Part shown: in pieces, positions 48,454 to 57,277 of the stretch
Position numbering within the stretch: position 1 is the first letter of the stretch
Layout: every line of letters starts with the position of its first letter
The notes under the pieces: model-generated
Databases searched by the model: none
Told to the model about the DNA's origin: nothing
What the model saw: the letters and a program-made list of their open reading frames with translations, nothing else
NCBI GenBank assembly: GCA_046046245.1
Contig: JBJOKE010000011.1
Location: forward strand, 50,919-114,918
DNA from: Pseudomonadota bacterium
Lineage (GTDB): Bacteria; Pseudomonadota; Gammaproteobacteria; Burkholderiales; Burkholderiaceae_E
DNA: 64,000 bases
Direction of reading: 5' to 3'
Translations under genes and position numbers: made by a program

Positions 48454-49242
48454 ATGGACTACGAGACGCTGCTCTGCTCCCGTGACGACGCCGGATGCCT
48501 GACGGTCACGCTGAACCGCGCCGATGCCCGCAACGCGATCAACACGAAGTCCGGCGAGGAGCTTCGTGCGATCTTCGGGCCGCTTCGCTTCGAGCCCGGC
48601 GACCTGCGATGCGTGATCCTCACCGGCAGCGGTGACAAGGCGTTCTGCGCGGGCGGCGATCTCAAGGAACGCAAGGGCATGACCGATGCCGCGTGGCGCC
48701 GTCAGCACGCGATCTTCGAGGAAGCCTTCTACGCGGTCATGGAGTGCCCGGTGCCGGTGATCGCGGCGGTCAACGGCGCAGCCTATGCCGGCGGGTGCGA
48801 GCTCGCGCTGGCCTGCGACTTCATCTACGCGTCCTCCGAGGCGAGGTTCGCGCTGACCGAAGCCAGCCTCGGGATCATTCCCGGTTGCGGCGGCACGCAG
48901 AACCTGCCGCGGGCGGTCGGGGAGCGTCGCGCCAAGGAGCTGATCCTGAGCGCCCGCCCGTTCACCGCGCGCGAGGCCTGCGAGTGGGGCATGGTCAACG
49001 AGGTGTGCGCGCCCGATGCGCTGATGCCCACGGTCAGGGCGGTGGCCCGCCGCATCTGCGCGAACGCGCCCATCTCCGTGTCCCAGGCCAAGAAGGCCAT
49101 CCAGTCGGGCCTGCAGGTCGACCGACGGACCGGCCTGGCGATCGAGGTGCTCGCCTACGAGCGGACCGTCGGCACGGAAGACCGCATCGAGGGCGTGCTC
49201 GCCTACAACGAGAAGCGCCCACCGAACTTCCGCGGCCGCTGA
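48454..49242 (+). CDS. Enoyl-CoA hydratase (methylglutaconyl-CoA hydratase-like crotonase)
   Basis: Track ORF 48418..49242. The ATG at 48454 has GAGG 5 nt upstream (GTG 48418 is an alternative). Motifs ILTGSGDKAFCAGGDLKER, IAAVNGAAYAGGCELALACD, GIIPGCGGTQNLPR, EGVLAYNEKRPPNF. Confidence 0.9.
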   Translation: MDYETLLCSRDDAGCLTVTLNRADARNAINTKSGEELRAIFGPLRFEPGDLRCVILTGSGDKAFCAGGDLKERKGMTDAAWRRQHAIFEEAFYAVMECPVPVIAAVNGAAYAGGCELALACDFIYASSEARFALTEASLGIIPGCGGTQNLPRAVGERRAKELILSARPFTAREACEWGMVNEVCAPDALMPTVRAVARRICANAPISVSQAKKAIQSGLQVDRRTGLAIEVLAYERTVGTEDRIEGVLAYNEKRPPNFRGR

Positions 49243-49280
49243 TCGGCGCCCCGCTCCGATTCCGAGTCCCGGACCCCGCC

Positions 49281-50444
49281 ATGACGACCTCCGCTCCCCT
49301 GAACGGCCTGAACGTCGTCGAGATCGGCCACACCGTCGCCGCGCCCTATGCCGGGATGGTGCTGGCCGAACTGGGCGCGAACGTCATCAAGGTCGAGGGC
49401 GCGGGGGGCGACTACTCGCGCGACATGCCCCCCTTCCGGGAAGGCCAGGTCTCGGCGGTCTACCAGTCGCTGAATCGGGGCAAGCGCAGCGTCGTCGTCG
49501 ACCTGAAGGATCCGGCCGATGCCGAGAGCCTCAGGGCGCTGATCCTCGCGGAGGCCGACGTGCTGATCCACAACCTCAAGTTCGGAGCCGTGGAGCGGCT
49601 TGGTCTGGGATCGGATGCGCTGCTCGCGCGAAAGCCGTCGCTCGTCTACTGCAACATCGGCGCCTTCGGCCACACGGGCCCGTTGAAGCGACGCCCGGGC
49701 TACGACCCGCTGATGCAGGCGTATGCGGGCATCATGAGCCTCATGGGCGAAGCCGGACGCCCGCCGGTGCGGGTCGGCGTGTCGATCACCGACATGGCGT
49801 CGGGCCTGTGGGCTGCGATCGGCATCCTCGCCGCCTGCCGGGAGCGACAGCTCACCGGCGTCGGGGGCGTGGTCGACACCTCCCTGTACGAGACGGCGCT
49901 CGGCTGGCTGTGCGTGCAGTTCGCGTCGTTCGACGCGTCCGGTGTCGTCCCGAAGAAGGAAGGCTCCGGCGTCGCGATGATGGTGCCCTACCAGGCCTTC
50001 GAGTGCGCGGACGCGTTCCTGATGGTCGCCGCGGGAAACGACAACAACTTCCGGCGGCTGTGCCGCGCGCTCGAGCGGACGGACCTCGCCGAGGACGTCC
50101 GTTTCGTGACCAACAAGGTGCGGGTCGAGCATCGCGCCGAACTCATCGCCATCCTCGAACCCATCTTCCGGCAGCGCAGGACCTCGGACTGGCAGTCGGT
50201 CCTCGAGGCGGCCGACGTGCCCTGCAGCCCGATCAACAGCGTCGACCAGGTGGTGGACGATCCGCAGGCGCGCGCGCTGGGGATGATCCAGGACTCGCCC
50301 GACGGCGGCGGCCGCTTGCTCGGCCTGCCGCTCTCGTTCGACACCGTCCGTCACGCGTTCGACCGGGCCCCGCCGAGGCTCGGCGAGCACACCGAGGAAG
50401 TGCTCGGGCGGTATCGGCGAACGGCGCCCTCTGGCCCGCAATGA
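49281..50444 (+). CDS. CaiB/BaiF-family (class III) CoA-transferase
   Basis: Frame of track ORF 48693..50444, ATG at 49281. Motifs LNVVEIGHTVAAPYAGMVLAELGANVIKVE, NRGKRSVVVDLK, ADVLIHNLKFG, GYDPLMQA. Confidence 0.9.
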   Translation: MTTSAPLNGLNVVEIGHTVAAPYAGMVLAELGANVIKVEGAGGDYSRDMPPFREGQVSAVYQSLNRGKRSVVVDLKDPADAESLRALILAEADVLIHNLKFGAVERLGLGSDALLARKPSLVYCNIGAFGHTGPLKRRPGYDPLMQAYAGIMSLMGEAGRPPVRVGVSITDMASGLWAAIGILAACRERQLTGVGGVVDTSLYETALGWLCVQFASFDASGVVPKKEGSGVAMMVPYQAFECADAFLMVAAGNDNNFRRLCRALERTDLAEDVRFVTNKVRVEHRAELIAILEPIFRQRRTSDWQSVLEAADVPCSPINSVDQVVDDPQARALGMIQDSPDGGGRLLGLPLSFDTVRHAFDRAPPRLGEHTEEVLGRYRRTAPSGPQ

Positions 50445-50453
50445 AACGTTATA
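50442..50453. promoter_or_regulatory. Second, degenerate copy of the TGAAACGTT half-palindrome
   Basis: TGAAACGTTATA at 50442-50453 matches the 48358 palindrome at 10 of 12 positions. It starts with the CoA-transferase stop codon and sits in an AT-richer 43-nt spacer before the lyase gene. Confidence 0.35.
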
Positions 50454-50487
50454 TGGATTCGGGCTGCATCTCCGGAAGGAACCCTCG

Positions 50488-51423
50488 ATGACCGATCGCA
50501 TCACGCTGCGCGAAGTGGGCCTGCGCGACGGCCTCCAGATCGTCAGGACGATCGTGCCGACGGCACGCAAGATCGAGTGGATCCGCGAAGAACATGCGGC
50601 GGGCGTGCGCGAGATCGAGGTGTGCTCGTTCGTGCCGGCGCGGCTGATCCCCCAGTTCGCCGACGCAGCGGAGGTGGTCGCGGCAGCGCTCGACACGCCC
50701 GGCCTCACCGTGTCGGCGCTCGTGCCGAACCTCAAGGGCGCGCAGCGAGGCGCCGAATCGGGCGTGCACAAGCTCAACGTCGTGATGTCGGTGAGCGAGT
50801 CGCACAACCTCGCGAACGTGCGCCGCACCGTGCGCGAGTCGCTCGAGGACTTCCGTGCGATCGTCGCGATGGCGAGGGCCCTGCCCGCGCAGCGCAGGCC
50901 GAAGATCAGCGGCGGACTGTCCACCTCGTTCGGCTGCACGATCGAAGGGACGGTCCCGGAGGACCGGGTCGTCGAACTCGCCGTGCTGCTGGCCGAGGCC
51001 GGCGCCGACGAGATCGTGGTCGCCGACACCGTCGGCTACGCCGGTCCGGCGGCCGTGGAGCGCGTGTTCCGCCGCGTGCTCGCGGCCCTCCCTTCCCTGC
51101 CGGTCATCGCGCACTTCCACGACACGCGCGGGCTCGGGCTCGCCAACGCGGCCGCGGCGCTGACCGCGGGGGTCAGGCACTTCGATGCGACGCTGGCCGG
51201 GCTGGGCGGTTGTCCCCACGCACCGGGCGCGACCGGCAATGTCGTCATGGAGGATCTGGCGTTCCTCTGCGCGACGATGGGCTTCGAGACCGGTGTCGAC
51301 ATACCGGCGCTGGTCCGGGTCCGCAGGATCCTGGCCGAGACCCTTCCGGACGAGCGACTCGCCGGGGCGATCGCGCTCGCGGGGCTTCCCCGCGAGGCCG
51401 CCGCGGCGTCCGCGGCCCGGTGA
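50488..51423 (+). CDS. Hydroxymethylglutaryl-CoA lyase-family protein
   Basis: Track ORF 50488..51423. GGAAGGA RBS. Motifs EVGLRDGLQ, REIEVCSFV, VVADTVGYAGP, HFHDTRGLGLANAAAAL, GLGGCPHAPGATGNV. Confidence 0.9.
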   Translation: MTDRITLREVGLRDGLQIVRTIVPTARKIEWIREEHAAGVREIEVCSFVPARLIPQFADAAEVVAAALDTPGLTVSALVPNLKGAQRGAESGVHKLNVVMSVSESHNLANVRRTVRESLEDFRAIVAMARALPAQRRPKISGGLSTSFGCTIEGTVPEDRVVELAVLLAEAGADEIVVADTVGYAGPAAVERVFRRVLAALPSLPVIAHFHDTRGLGLANAAAALTAGVRHFDATLAGLGGCPHAPGATGNVVMEDLAFLCATMGFETGVDIPALVRVRRILAETLPDERLAGAIALAGLPREAAAASAAR

Positions 51424-51457
51424 CCGGCCTCCCTCCCCTTCGCACGAGACACGACCC

Positions 51458-52651
51458 ATGGATCCGATGGACAGCGAACGCCCGGCCCTGGTGATGGACC
51501 TCGACCTCGACTACCCCGAGCTGCGGGACGCGGTGCGTCGACTCTGCGCGGACTATCCGAGCGCGTACTGGCGCGGACTCGAGAAGACACAGAGCTATCC
51601 CACCGAGTTCATCAGGGCCCTGACCGAGGCCGGATTCCTCGCGGCGCTGATCCCGACCGAGTACGGCGGATCGGGGCTCGGCCTGCGCGCGGCGGCGGTG
51701 ATCCTCGAGGAGATCAACGCGTCCGGCTGCGTCGCCAGCCAGGGGCATGCCCAGATGTACATCATGGGCACGCTGCTTCGGCACGGCAGCGAGGCCCAGA
51801 AGCGCAAGTACCTGCCGAGGATCGCCAGCGGAGAACTGCGGCTGCAGGCCTTCGGCGTCACCGAGCCGACGAGCGGCTCCGACACGACGAGCCTGAAGAC
51901 ACGCGCGGTGCGGCGCGGCGACGTCTACGAGGTCAGCGGCCAGAAGGTCTGGACCTCGCGTGCGCTGCACTCGGACCTGATGCTCCTGCTGGCCCGAACG
52001 ACGCCGCTCGCCGAGGTCGCGAAGAAGACGGACGGCCTGTCGGTCTTCCTGGTCGACATCCGCGAGAGCCTCGGCAAGGGCATGGAGATCCGTCCGATCG
52101 AGGCGATGATCAATCACGGTGCCACCGAAGTGTTCATCGATCGGCTCCTGGTGCCCGCGGAGAACCTGATCGGCGAGGAAGGAAAGGGGTTCCGGTACAT
52201 CCTCGACGGCCTGAACGCCGAGCGCATCCTCGTCGGCACCGAAGCCGTCGGCGACGGACGCTGGTGTCTGGAGCGCGCCGTCTCCTACGCGAAGGAGCGC
52301 CAGGTCTTCGGGCGCAGCATCGGAAAGAACCAGGGGGTGCAGTTCCCGCTCGCCCGGTGCCACATCGACCTGCAGGTCGCCGACGTGATGTGCCGCCGCG
52401 CCGCGGCGCTCTTCGAGGCAGGGCGCGACTGCGGCGCCGACGCGAACATCGCCAAGCTGCTGGCCTCGGAAGCCGCGTTCCAGGCGGCGGACCAGGCGAT
52501 GCAGACGCTCGGCGGCTTCTCGTACGCGACGGAGTACGACGTCGAACGAAAGTGGCGGGAATGCCGGATCTACCAGATCGCGCCGATCTCGACCAACATG
52601 ATCCTCGCCTACATCGGGCAGCACGTGCTCGGGCTCGACCGCTCGTTCTGA
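51458..52651 (+). CDS. Acyl-CoA dehydrogenase
   Basis: Frame of track ORF 51185..52651, ATG at 51458. Motifs FGVTEPTSGSDT, GQKVWTSRA, RQVFGRSIGKNQ, TLGGFSY, YQIAPISTNM. Confidence 0.9.
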   Translation: MDPMDSERPALVMDLDLDYPELRDAVRRLCADYPSAYWRGLEKTQSYPTEFIRALTEAGFLAALIPTEYGGSGLGLRAAAVILEEINASGCVASQGHAQMYIMGTLLRHGSEAQKRKYLPRIASGELRLQAFGVTEPTSGSDTTSLKTRAVRRGDVYEVSGQKVWTSRALHSDLMLLLARTTPLAEVAKKTDGLSVFLVDIRESLGKGMEIRPIEAMINHGATEVFIDRLLVPAENLIGEEGKGFRYILDGLNAERILVGTEAVGDGRWCLERAVSYAKERQVFGRSIGKNQGVQFPLARCHIDLQVADVMCRRAAALFEAGRDCGADANIAKLLASEAAFQAADQAMQTLGGFSYATEYDVERKWRECRIYQIAPISTNMILAYIGQHVLGLDRSF

Positions 52652-52664
52652 CGCCACACCGACC

Positions 52665-53717
52665 ATGAGCGACCGCATGCGCTCCCCGAAGCCGGCCTCG
52701 CCGGACCGGGGGCGACGCGTCACCATCCGGGAGGTCGCCGCCCTGGCCGACGTGTCGCTGGGTACGGCCTCTCGCGTGATCAACAAGGTCGCGAACGTCT
52801 CGCCCGAGATCCGCGAGAAGGTGGAGGTGGCGATCCGGACGCTGGGCTACACGCCCGACGTCGTGGCGCAGAGCATGCGCAACGGCGAGTCCAAGACCGT
52901 CGGCATCCTCGTGCGCAACATCACGTCGCCCGTGCTGGCCGGTTTCGTGCGCAGCGCCCAGGAGGTGCTGAACGCCGAGGACTACACCGTGCTGCTCGCC
53001 TGCTTCGAGGAGAGCCGCGAACGCGAGATCAGCTTCCTGCGCACGGCGGCGAGCCGGCGCATCGATGGGCTGATCATGACCACGACCTCGGAGATCGACG
53101 CGGACCTGCTGGCGACCCGCGCGGCGGTGGACATTCCGACGGTGCTCTTCGACCGCGAGGTCCCTGAGACCGACGATGCCCTGCTGATCGCGCACGAGCA
53201 GGGCGTGATGCAGGCGCTCGCGCACCTGTTCGCGCTGGGCCACCGACACATCGCCTTCCTGACCGGCAGCGAATCGGTCTATCCGGCGCGTGCCCGGCTT
53301 CGCGGCTATCGCCGGTTCTTCGAGGAAAAGGGGCTGCCCGTCGATGGGCGTCTCGTGAAGTCGAGCAGCTTCGCCGAGGAGGGAACCTTCATCGAGACGT
53401 CGACCCTGCTCGGACTCGCGCAGCCGCCGACGGCGATCGTGCTCGGCGGCATCTCGATGCTCGCGGGCGCGATGCGTGCGATCGCCGCCCGGGGCTTGAG
53501 GGTGCCGCAGGACGTCTCGCTCGTGGGCAGCGGCGACTCCGAGCTCGCGCTGCTCGCGAGCCCCCCGATCTCGGTGGTCCGCTGGAACCTCGCGAGCATC
53601 GGAAGCGCCTGCGCGCTGCTGCTGCTCGATCGCCTGAAGGGCCGCGCGCCGCAGGAGCCGCGTCGGATCGTGGTGCCGACCGAGTTCGTCATCCGAGGCT
53701 CGTGCGCGGCGCGCTGA
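52665..53717 (+). CDS. LacI/GalR-family transcriptional regulator
   Basis: Track ORF 52665..53717. HTH VTIREVAALADVSLGTASRVINKVANVSPEIREKV, then a periplasmic-binding-fold effector domain (VGILVRNITSP, IDGLIMT, HIAFLTG). Confidence 0.9.
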   Translation: MSDRMRSPKPASPDRGRRVTIREVAALADVSLGTASRVINKVANVSPEIREKVEVAIRTLGYTPDVVAQSMRNGESKTVGILVRNITSPVLAGFVRSAQEVLNAEDYTVLLACFEESREREISFLRTAASRRIDGLIMTTTSEIDADLLATRAAVDIPTVLFDREVPETDDALLIAHEQGVMQALAHLFALGHRHIAFLTGSESVYPARARLRGYRRFFEEKGLPVDGRLVKSSSFAEEGTFIETSTLLGLAQPPTAIVLGGISMLAGAMRAIAARGLRVPQDVSLVGSGDSELALLASPPISVVRWNLASIGSACALLLLDRLKGRAPQEPRRIVVPTEFVIRGSCAAR

Positions 53718-53765
53718 CGGCGACCGCGCGCATCGACATCCCCCCACACCGAGGATCTCCGACCC

Positions 53766-54158
53766 ATGGACACGCTCGACGGCATCTGGACTCTGATTCG
53801 AGCCGACGCGCAGGATGCGGACGGGCGTGCGCTGCGTCCGCCCTACGGCCGGCATCCGATGGGCACGATCGTGTTCTCCCGAGGTCGCATGCTGGCCGCG
53901 CTCTGCGACGGCGACGCCGAAACCGCCGATGACGGCCCTCGTGCGTACAGTTCGTACGGCGGCACCTATCGCTTCGACGGGCGCACGCTCGCCGTCGAGG
54001 TCGACATCGCGTCCGACCCGTCGCGCATCGGCGGCACCCAGACGCGGGACGTGACGCTCGACAGTGACCGCATGACGCTGCGTCCGCCGTTGCGGCCCTA
54101 CGGCAAGGCCCCGGAGCAGCGCAGCCTGGTCTGGCAGCGTATCGGGAGCGCGCGGTGA
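53766..54158 (+). CDS. Lipocalin-like domain protein (unknown function)
   Basis: Track ORF 53766..54158, 130 aa. GIWTLIRADAQDADGR...PMGTIVFSRGRMLA...YGGTYRFDGRTL pattern. Its stop overlaps the next GTG start (GTGA). Confidence 0.65.
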   Translation: MDTLDGIWTLIRADAQDADGRALRPPYGRHPMGTIVFSRGRMLAALCDGDAETADDGPRAYSSYGGTYRFDGRTLAVEVDIASDPSRIGGTQTRDVTLDSDRMTLRPPLRPYGKAPEQRSLVWQRIGSAR

Positions 54159-55144
54159 ACACGGCCGATCGACCGGTGATCGGCTTCGTCGGACTCGGGA
54201 CGATGGGCGCGGCGATGGTCGCGAACCTGCAGAAGTCCGGGTACCGCGTGGTCGTCAACGATGCGCGACGCGAGGCGACGGCAGGGCACGAAGCCGCCGG
54301 CGCGGTCTGGGCCGGGACCGCGCGGGAGGTGGCCTCGAGCGCCGAGGTGGTGTTCACCTGTCTGCCGACGCTCGCGTCGATCGAGCAGGTCGCACTCGGC
54401 GCAGGAGGGCTGCTGGAAGGCATCCGTCCCGGCCAGGCGTACTTCGACCTGTCGACGAGCTCGCCCGACCTCGTGCGGCGACTCCACGAGCGGTTCGGGG
54501 AGCGGGGGGCGCACATGCTCGACGCACCCGTGAGCGGGGGCGCGGTCGGCGCGCGTCGGGCCCGCCTGGCCATCTGGGTCGGCGGCGACGAGGCGAGCTT
54601 CCTGCGCTACGAGGACGTCCTGCGCACGATGGGCGACCAGCCCGTGCACGTCGGCGCGATCGGCACCGGACTGATCACCAAGCTGGTCAACAACTGCATC
54701 GCCCAGGCGACCCAGGCGGCGATCGCGGAGGTCTTCGTGCTGGGCGTCAAGGCCGGCGCGGACCCGCTGTCGCTCTGGGAGGCGCTGCGGCAGGGTGCCG
54801 CCGGCCGGCGGCGCACGCTGGACGGACTGATCGATCAGTTCCTGCCGGGCAGGTACGAACCGGTCCAGTCGGCGCTGCACATCGTGCACAAGGACGTGAT
54901 GTCGGCGACCGAACTGGGTCGCGAACTCGGCGTGCCCCTGCGCATCGCCAATCTCGCGCTGGCCGACATCCAGGAGGCCATGCAGCGCGGCTGGGCGGAG
55001 CATGACAGCCGGACCGTGATGCGCCTGCCGCAGGAGCGGGCGGGCGTCCGGATCGAAGCCGATCCCGCCGCCATCGAGCGGGTCCTCGATCGGGACCCGG
55101 TCGCGCCCTCGGACTCCAAGCGGGGCGCGGGTTCCTCGCCATGA
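54155..55144 (+). CDS. NAD(P)-dependent oxidoreductase, 3-hydroxyisobutyrate/6-phosphogluconate dehydrogenase-like family
   Basis: Track ORF 54155..55144. Motifs VIGFVGLGTMGAAMVANL, DAPVSGG, GTGLITKLVNN, HKDV. Confidence 0.85.
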   Translation: MNTADRPVIGFVGLGTMGAAMVANLQKSGYRVVVNDARREATAGHEAAGAVWAGTAREVASSAEVVFTCLPTLASIEQVALGAGGLLEGIRPGQAYFDLSTSSPDLVRRLHERFGERGAHMLDAPVSGGAVGARRARLAIWVGGDEASFLRYEDVLRTMGDQPVHVGAIGTGLITKLVNNCIAQATQAAIAEVFVLGVKAGADPLSLWEALRQGAAGRRRTLDGLIDQFLPGRYEPVQSALHIVHKDVMSATELGRELGVPLRIANLALADIQEAMQRGWAEHDSRTVMRLPQERAGVRIEADPAAIERVLDRDPVAPSDSKRGAGSSP

Positions 55145-55215
55145 CGGACCTTCGCGACTTCGCCGCGACGGCTCCCGCAGTCGAACGCCGTCGGAACAGC
55201 ACCCCGGAGACGACC

Positions 55216-56202
55216 ATGACGCCGACATTCCAGCCCTTCGACCGACGCCGCCTCCTCAAGGGGACGCTCGCCGCAGCACTGCTGACGACCGGCCGGCACG
55301 CTGCAGCGCAGGGCTATCCGAGCCGGACCGTGACGATGATCGTGCCGAGCAACGCGGGGGCCTCGTCCGATCGCATGGCGCGCTTCGTCGCGCAGCGGCT
55401 GACGCAGCAGACGGGCGCCGCGAGCGTGGTCGAGAACAAGCCCGGCGCGAACGGCATCATCGGCGTGCAGGGCGTGCTGAACGCACCGGCCGACGGGCAC
55501 ACGGTGCTCGTGACCACGATCTCGCCGGTGATCTTCAACAGGTACCTGTACAAGACCCTGCCCTACGACCCGCAGAAGGACCTGCAGGCCGTGGCGATCT
55601 ACGCGCAGAGCGCGATGCTGCTCGGGGCCACGCCGAAGCTGCCCGCGCGCGATCTGCCCGCGCTGGTCGACTTCGCCCGAGCGAATCCCGGCAGGCTGAA
55701 CTTCGGCTTCGCGACATCGACCCAGCAGCTGTCGGGCGAGATGATGCAGCTCAAGAGCGGCGCGAAGATGACCTTCGTCCCGTACCGGACCAACGCGGCG
55801 ATGCTGACCGCCCTCGTCTCCGGCGAGATCGATCTCGCCATCAGCGATCCGGCCGGCTTCCTGCCGATGATCCAGGCCAACCAGATCCGCGTCCTCGCCA
55901 CGACCGCGCCGAGGCGGCTGCCGAACTACCGCGCGGTACCGACCTTCGCCGAGCACAAGGTGGACTTCGTGCTGGAGACCTGGAACGGCATCTTCATGAA
56001 GCGCGGCACGTCGCCCGAGGTGCTCGCCCTGCTGTCGAAGACGCTGCGCGAGACGCTGCAGACGCCCGAGGTCAGGACCTATCTCGAGGCCAACTCGTAC
56101 GACGACTACGTGGTCACCGGCGACGATGCCACGAAGCGGGTCGACCTCGATCTGGCCACGTGGAAGGCGCTGACGGCAGAGGCCGGCGTCGTGCCCCAGT
56201 AG
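55216..56202 (+). CDS. Bug/TctC-family substrate-binding protein (Tat-type signal)
   Basis: Frame of track ORF 55141..56202. ATG at 55216 follows GGAGA. Signal FDRRRLLKGTLAAALL. Motifs MIVPSNAGASSD, VVENKPGANG, FVPYRTNAAMLTALVSGEID. Confidence 0.9.
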   Translation: MTPTFQPFDRRRLLKGTLAAALLTTGRHAAAQGYPSRTVTMIVPSNAGASSDRMARFVAQRLTQQTGAASVVENKPGANGIIGVQGVLNAPADGHTVLVTTISPVIFNRYLYKTLPYDPQKDLQAVAIYAQSAMLLGATPKLPARDLPALVDFARANPGRLNFGFATSTQQLSGEMMQLKSGAKMTFVPYRTNAAMLTALVSGEIDLAISDPAGFLPMIQANQIRVLATTAPRRLPNYRAVPTFAEHKVDFVLETWNGIFMKRGTSPEVLALLSKTLRETLQTPEVRTYLEANSYDDYVVTGDDATKRVDLDLATWKALTAEAGVVPQ

Positions 56203-56269
56203 ATCGGACGCGGTGGCCACGGCCCACGGCGACAGTCCTTCAGACCCCCCGGACGGAGACCTCTCGGAC

Positions 56270-57253
56270 ATGGACAGCACCGGCATCGTCGATCCCGGGA
56301 TCCCGGTCATCGACAGCCACCACCACCTGTGGGACCGGAGCCATCAGCGCTACCTGATGGAGGCATTCTCGGCCGATGCGGGCAGCGGCCACCGCGTCGT
56401 GGGCAGCATCTTCGCCGAGTGCCACGAGGCCTATCTCGTCGACGGTCCGCCGGAGATGCGTCCGGTCGGCGAGGCGCGTTTCGTGGCGGCCGAGGCCCGT
56501 CGATTCCGCGCGTCGCGCGGCGGCGCCTCGCCCTGGCTCGACGCGTTCATCGGCGCGGCCGACCTGCGGCTCGGCGACGAGGTCGATCGCGTGCTCGACG
56601 CGCTCGATGCAGCGAGCGAGGGCCTGTTCCGCGGCATCCGCGGCGCCGTCTACTGGGACGAGGATCCGTCGCTGAACCTGGGGCTGCGTCCGTACTCGCC
56701 GAAGGGCCTGCTGCTCGACCCGACGTTCCGCGCGGGCTTCGCGCGCCTGGCGCGGCGCGGCCTGGTCTACGACGCCTGGCAGTACGAACCGCAGTTGCCC
56801 GAACTGTGCAGTCTCGCCGACGCCTTCCCCTCGGCGACGATCGTCGTCAACCATTGCGGCGGCCCGCTCGGCGTCAACGCCTACGCCGGACCGGATCGGT
56901 TCGAACGGTGGCGCCGGGCGATCGGCGAGGTCGCGCGTCGCGACAACGTCCTGCTGAAGCTCAGCGGGCTGTCTGCCAAGCGCATCGGATTCGGTTTCGA
57001 GCATCGCCCGTCGCGGCCTTCGCTCGAGGAGCTCGTCCGCCACTGGTCGCCGTACGTCCAGGCGTGCGTCGAGGCCTTCGGCCCGTCGCGCTGCATGTGG
57101 GGCAGCAACTTCCCCGTCGACGCCGTCGTGGCTGACTACCGCACGCTGCTCAATGCCTACAAGGCGTGCCTGTCGGGATGCTCGACCGACGAGAAGACCG
57201 CGATCCTTTCCGGGAACGCCGCACGCGTCTATCGCGTGGACGTCCCGTCCTGA
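56270..57253 (+). CDS. Amidohydrolase_2-family metal-dependent hydrolase (lactonase/decarboxylase-type)
   Basis: Frame of track ORF 56213..57253, ATG at 56270. Motifs VIDSHHHLWD, IVVNHCGGP, LKLSGL, MWGSNFPVD. Confidence 0.85.
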   Translation: MDSTGIVDPGIPVIDSHHHLWDRSHQRYLMEAFSADAGSGHRVVGSIFAECHEAYLVDGPPEMRPVGEARFVAAEARRFRASRGGASPWLDAFIGAADLRLGDEVDRVLDALDAASEGLFRGIRGAVYWDEDPSLNLGLRPYSPKGLLLDPTFRAGFARLARRGLVYDAWQYEPQLPELCSLADAFPSATIVVNHCGGPLGVNAYAGPDRFERWRRAIGEVARRDNVLLKLSGLSAKRIGFGFEHRPSRPSLEELVRHWSPYVQACVEAFGPSRCMWGSNFPVDAVVADYRTLLNAYKACLSGCSTDEKTAILSGNAARVYRVDVPS

Positions 57254-57277
57254 TCCATCTCGGCAAGGGGAACCCCG

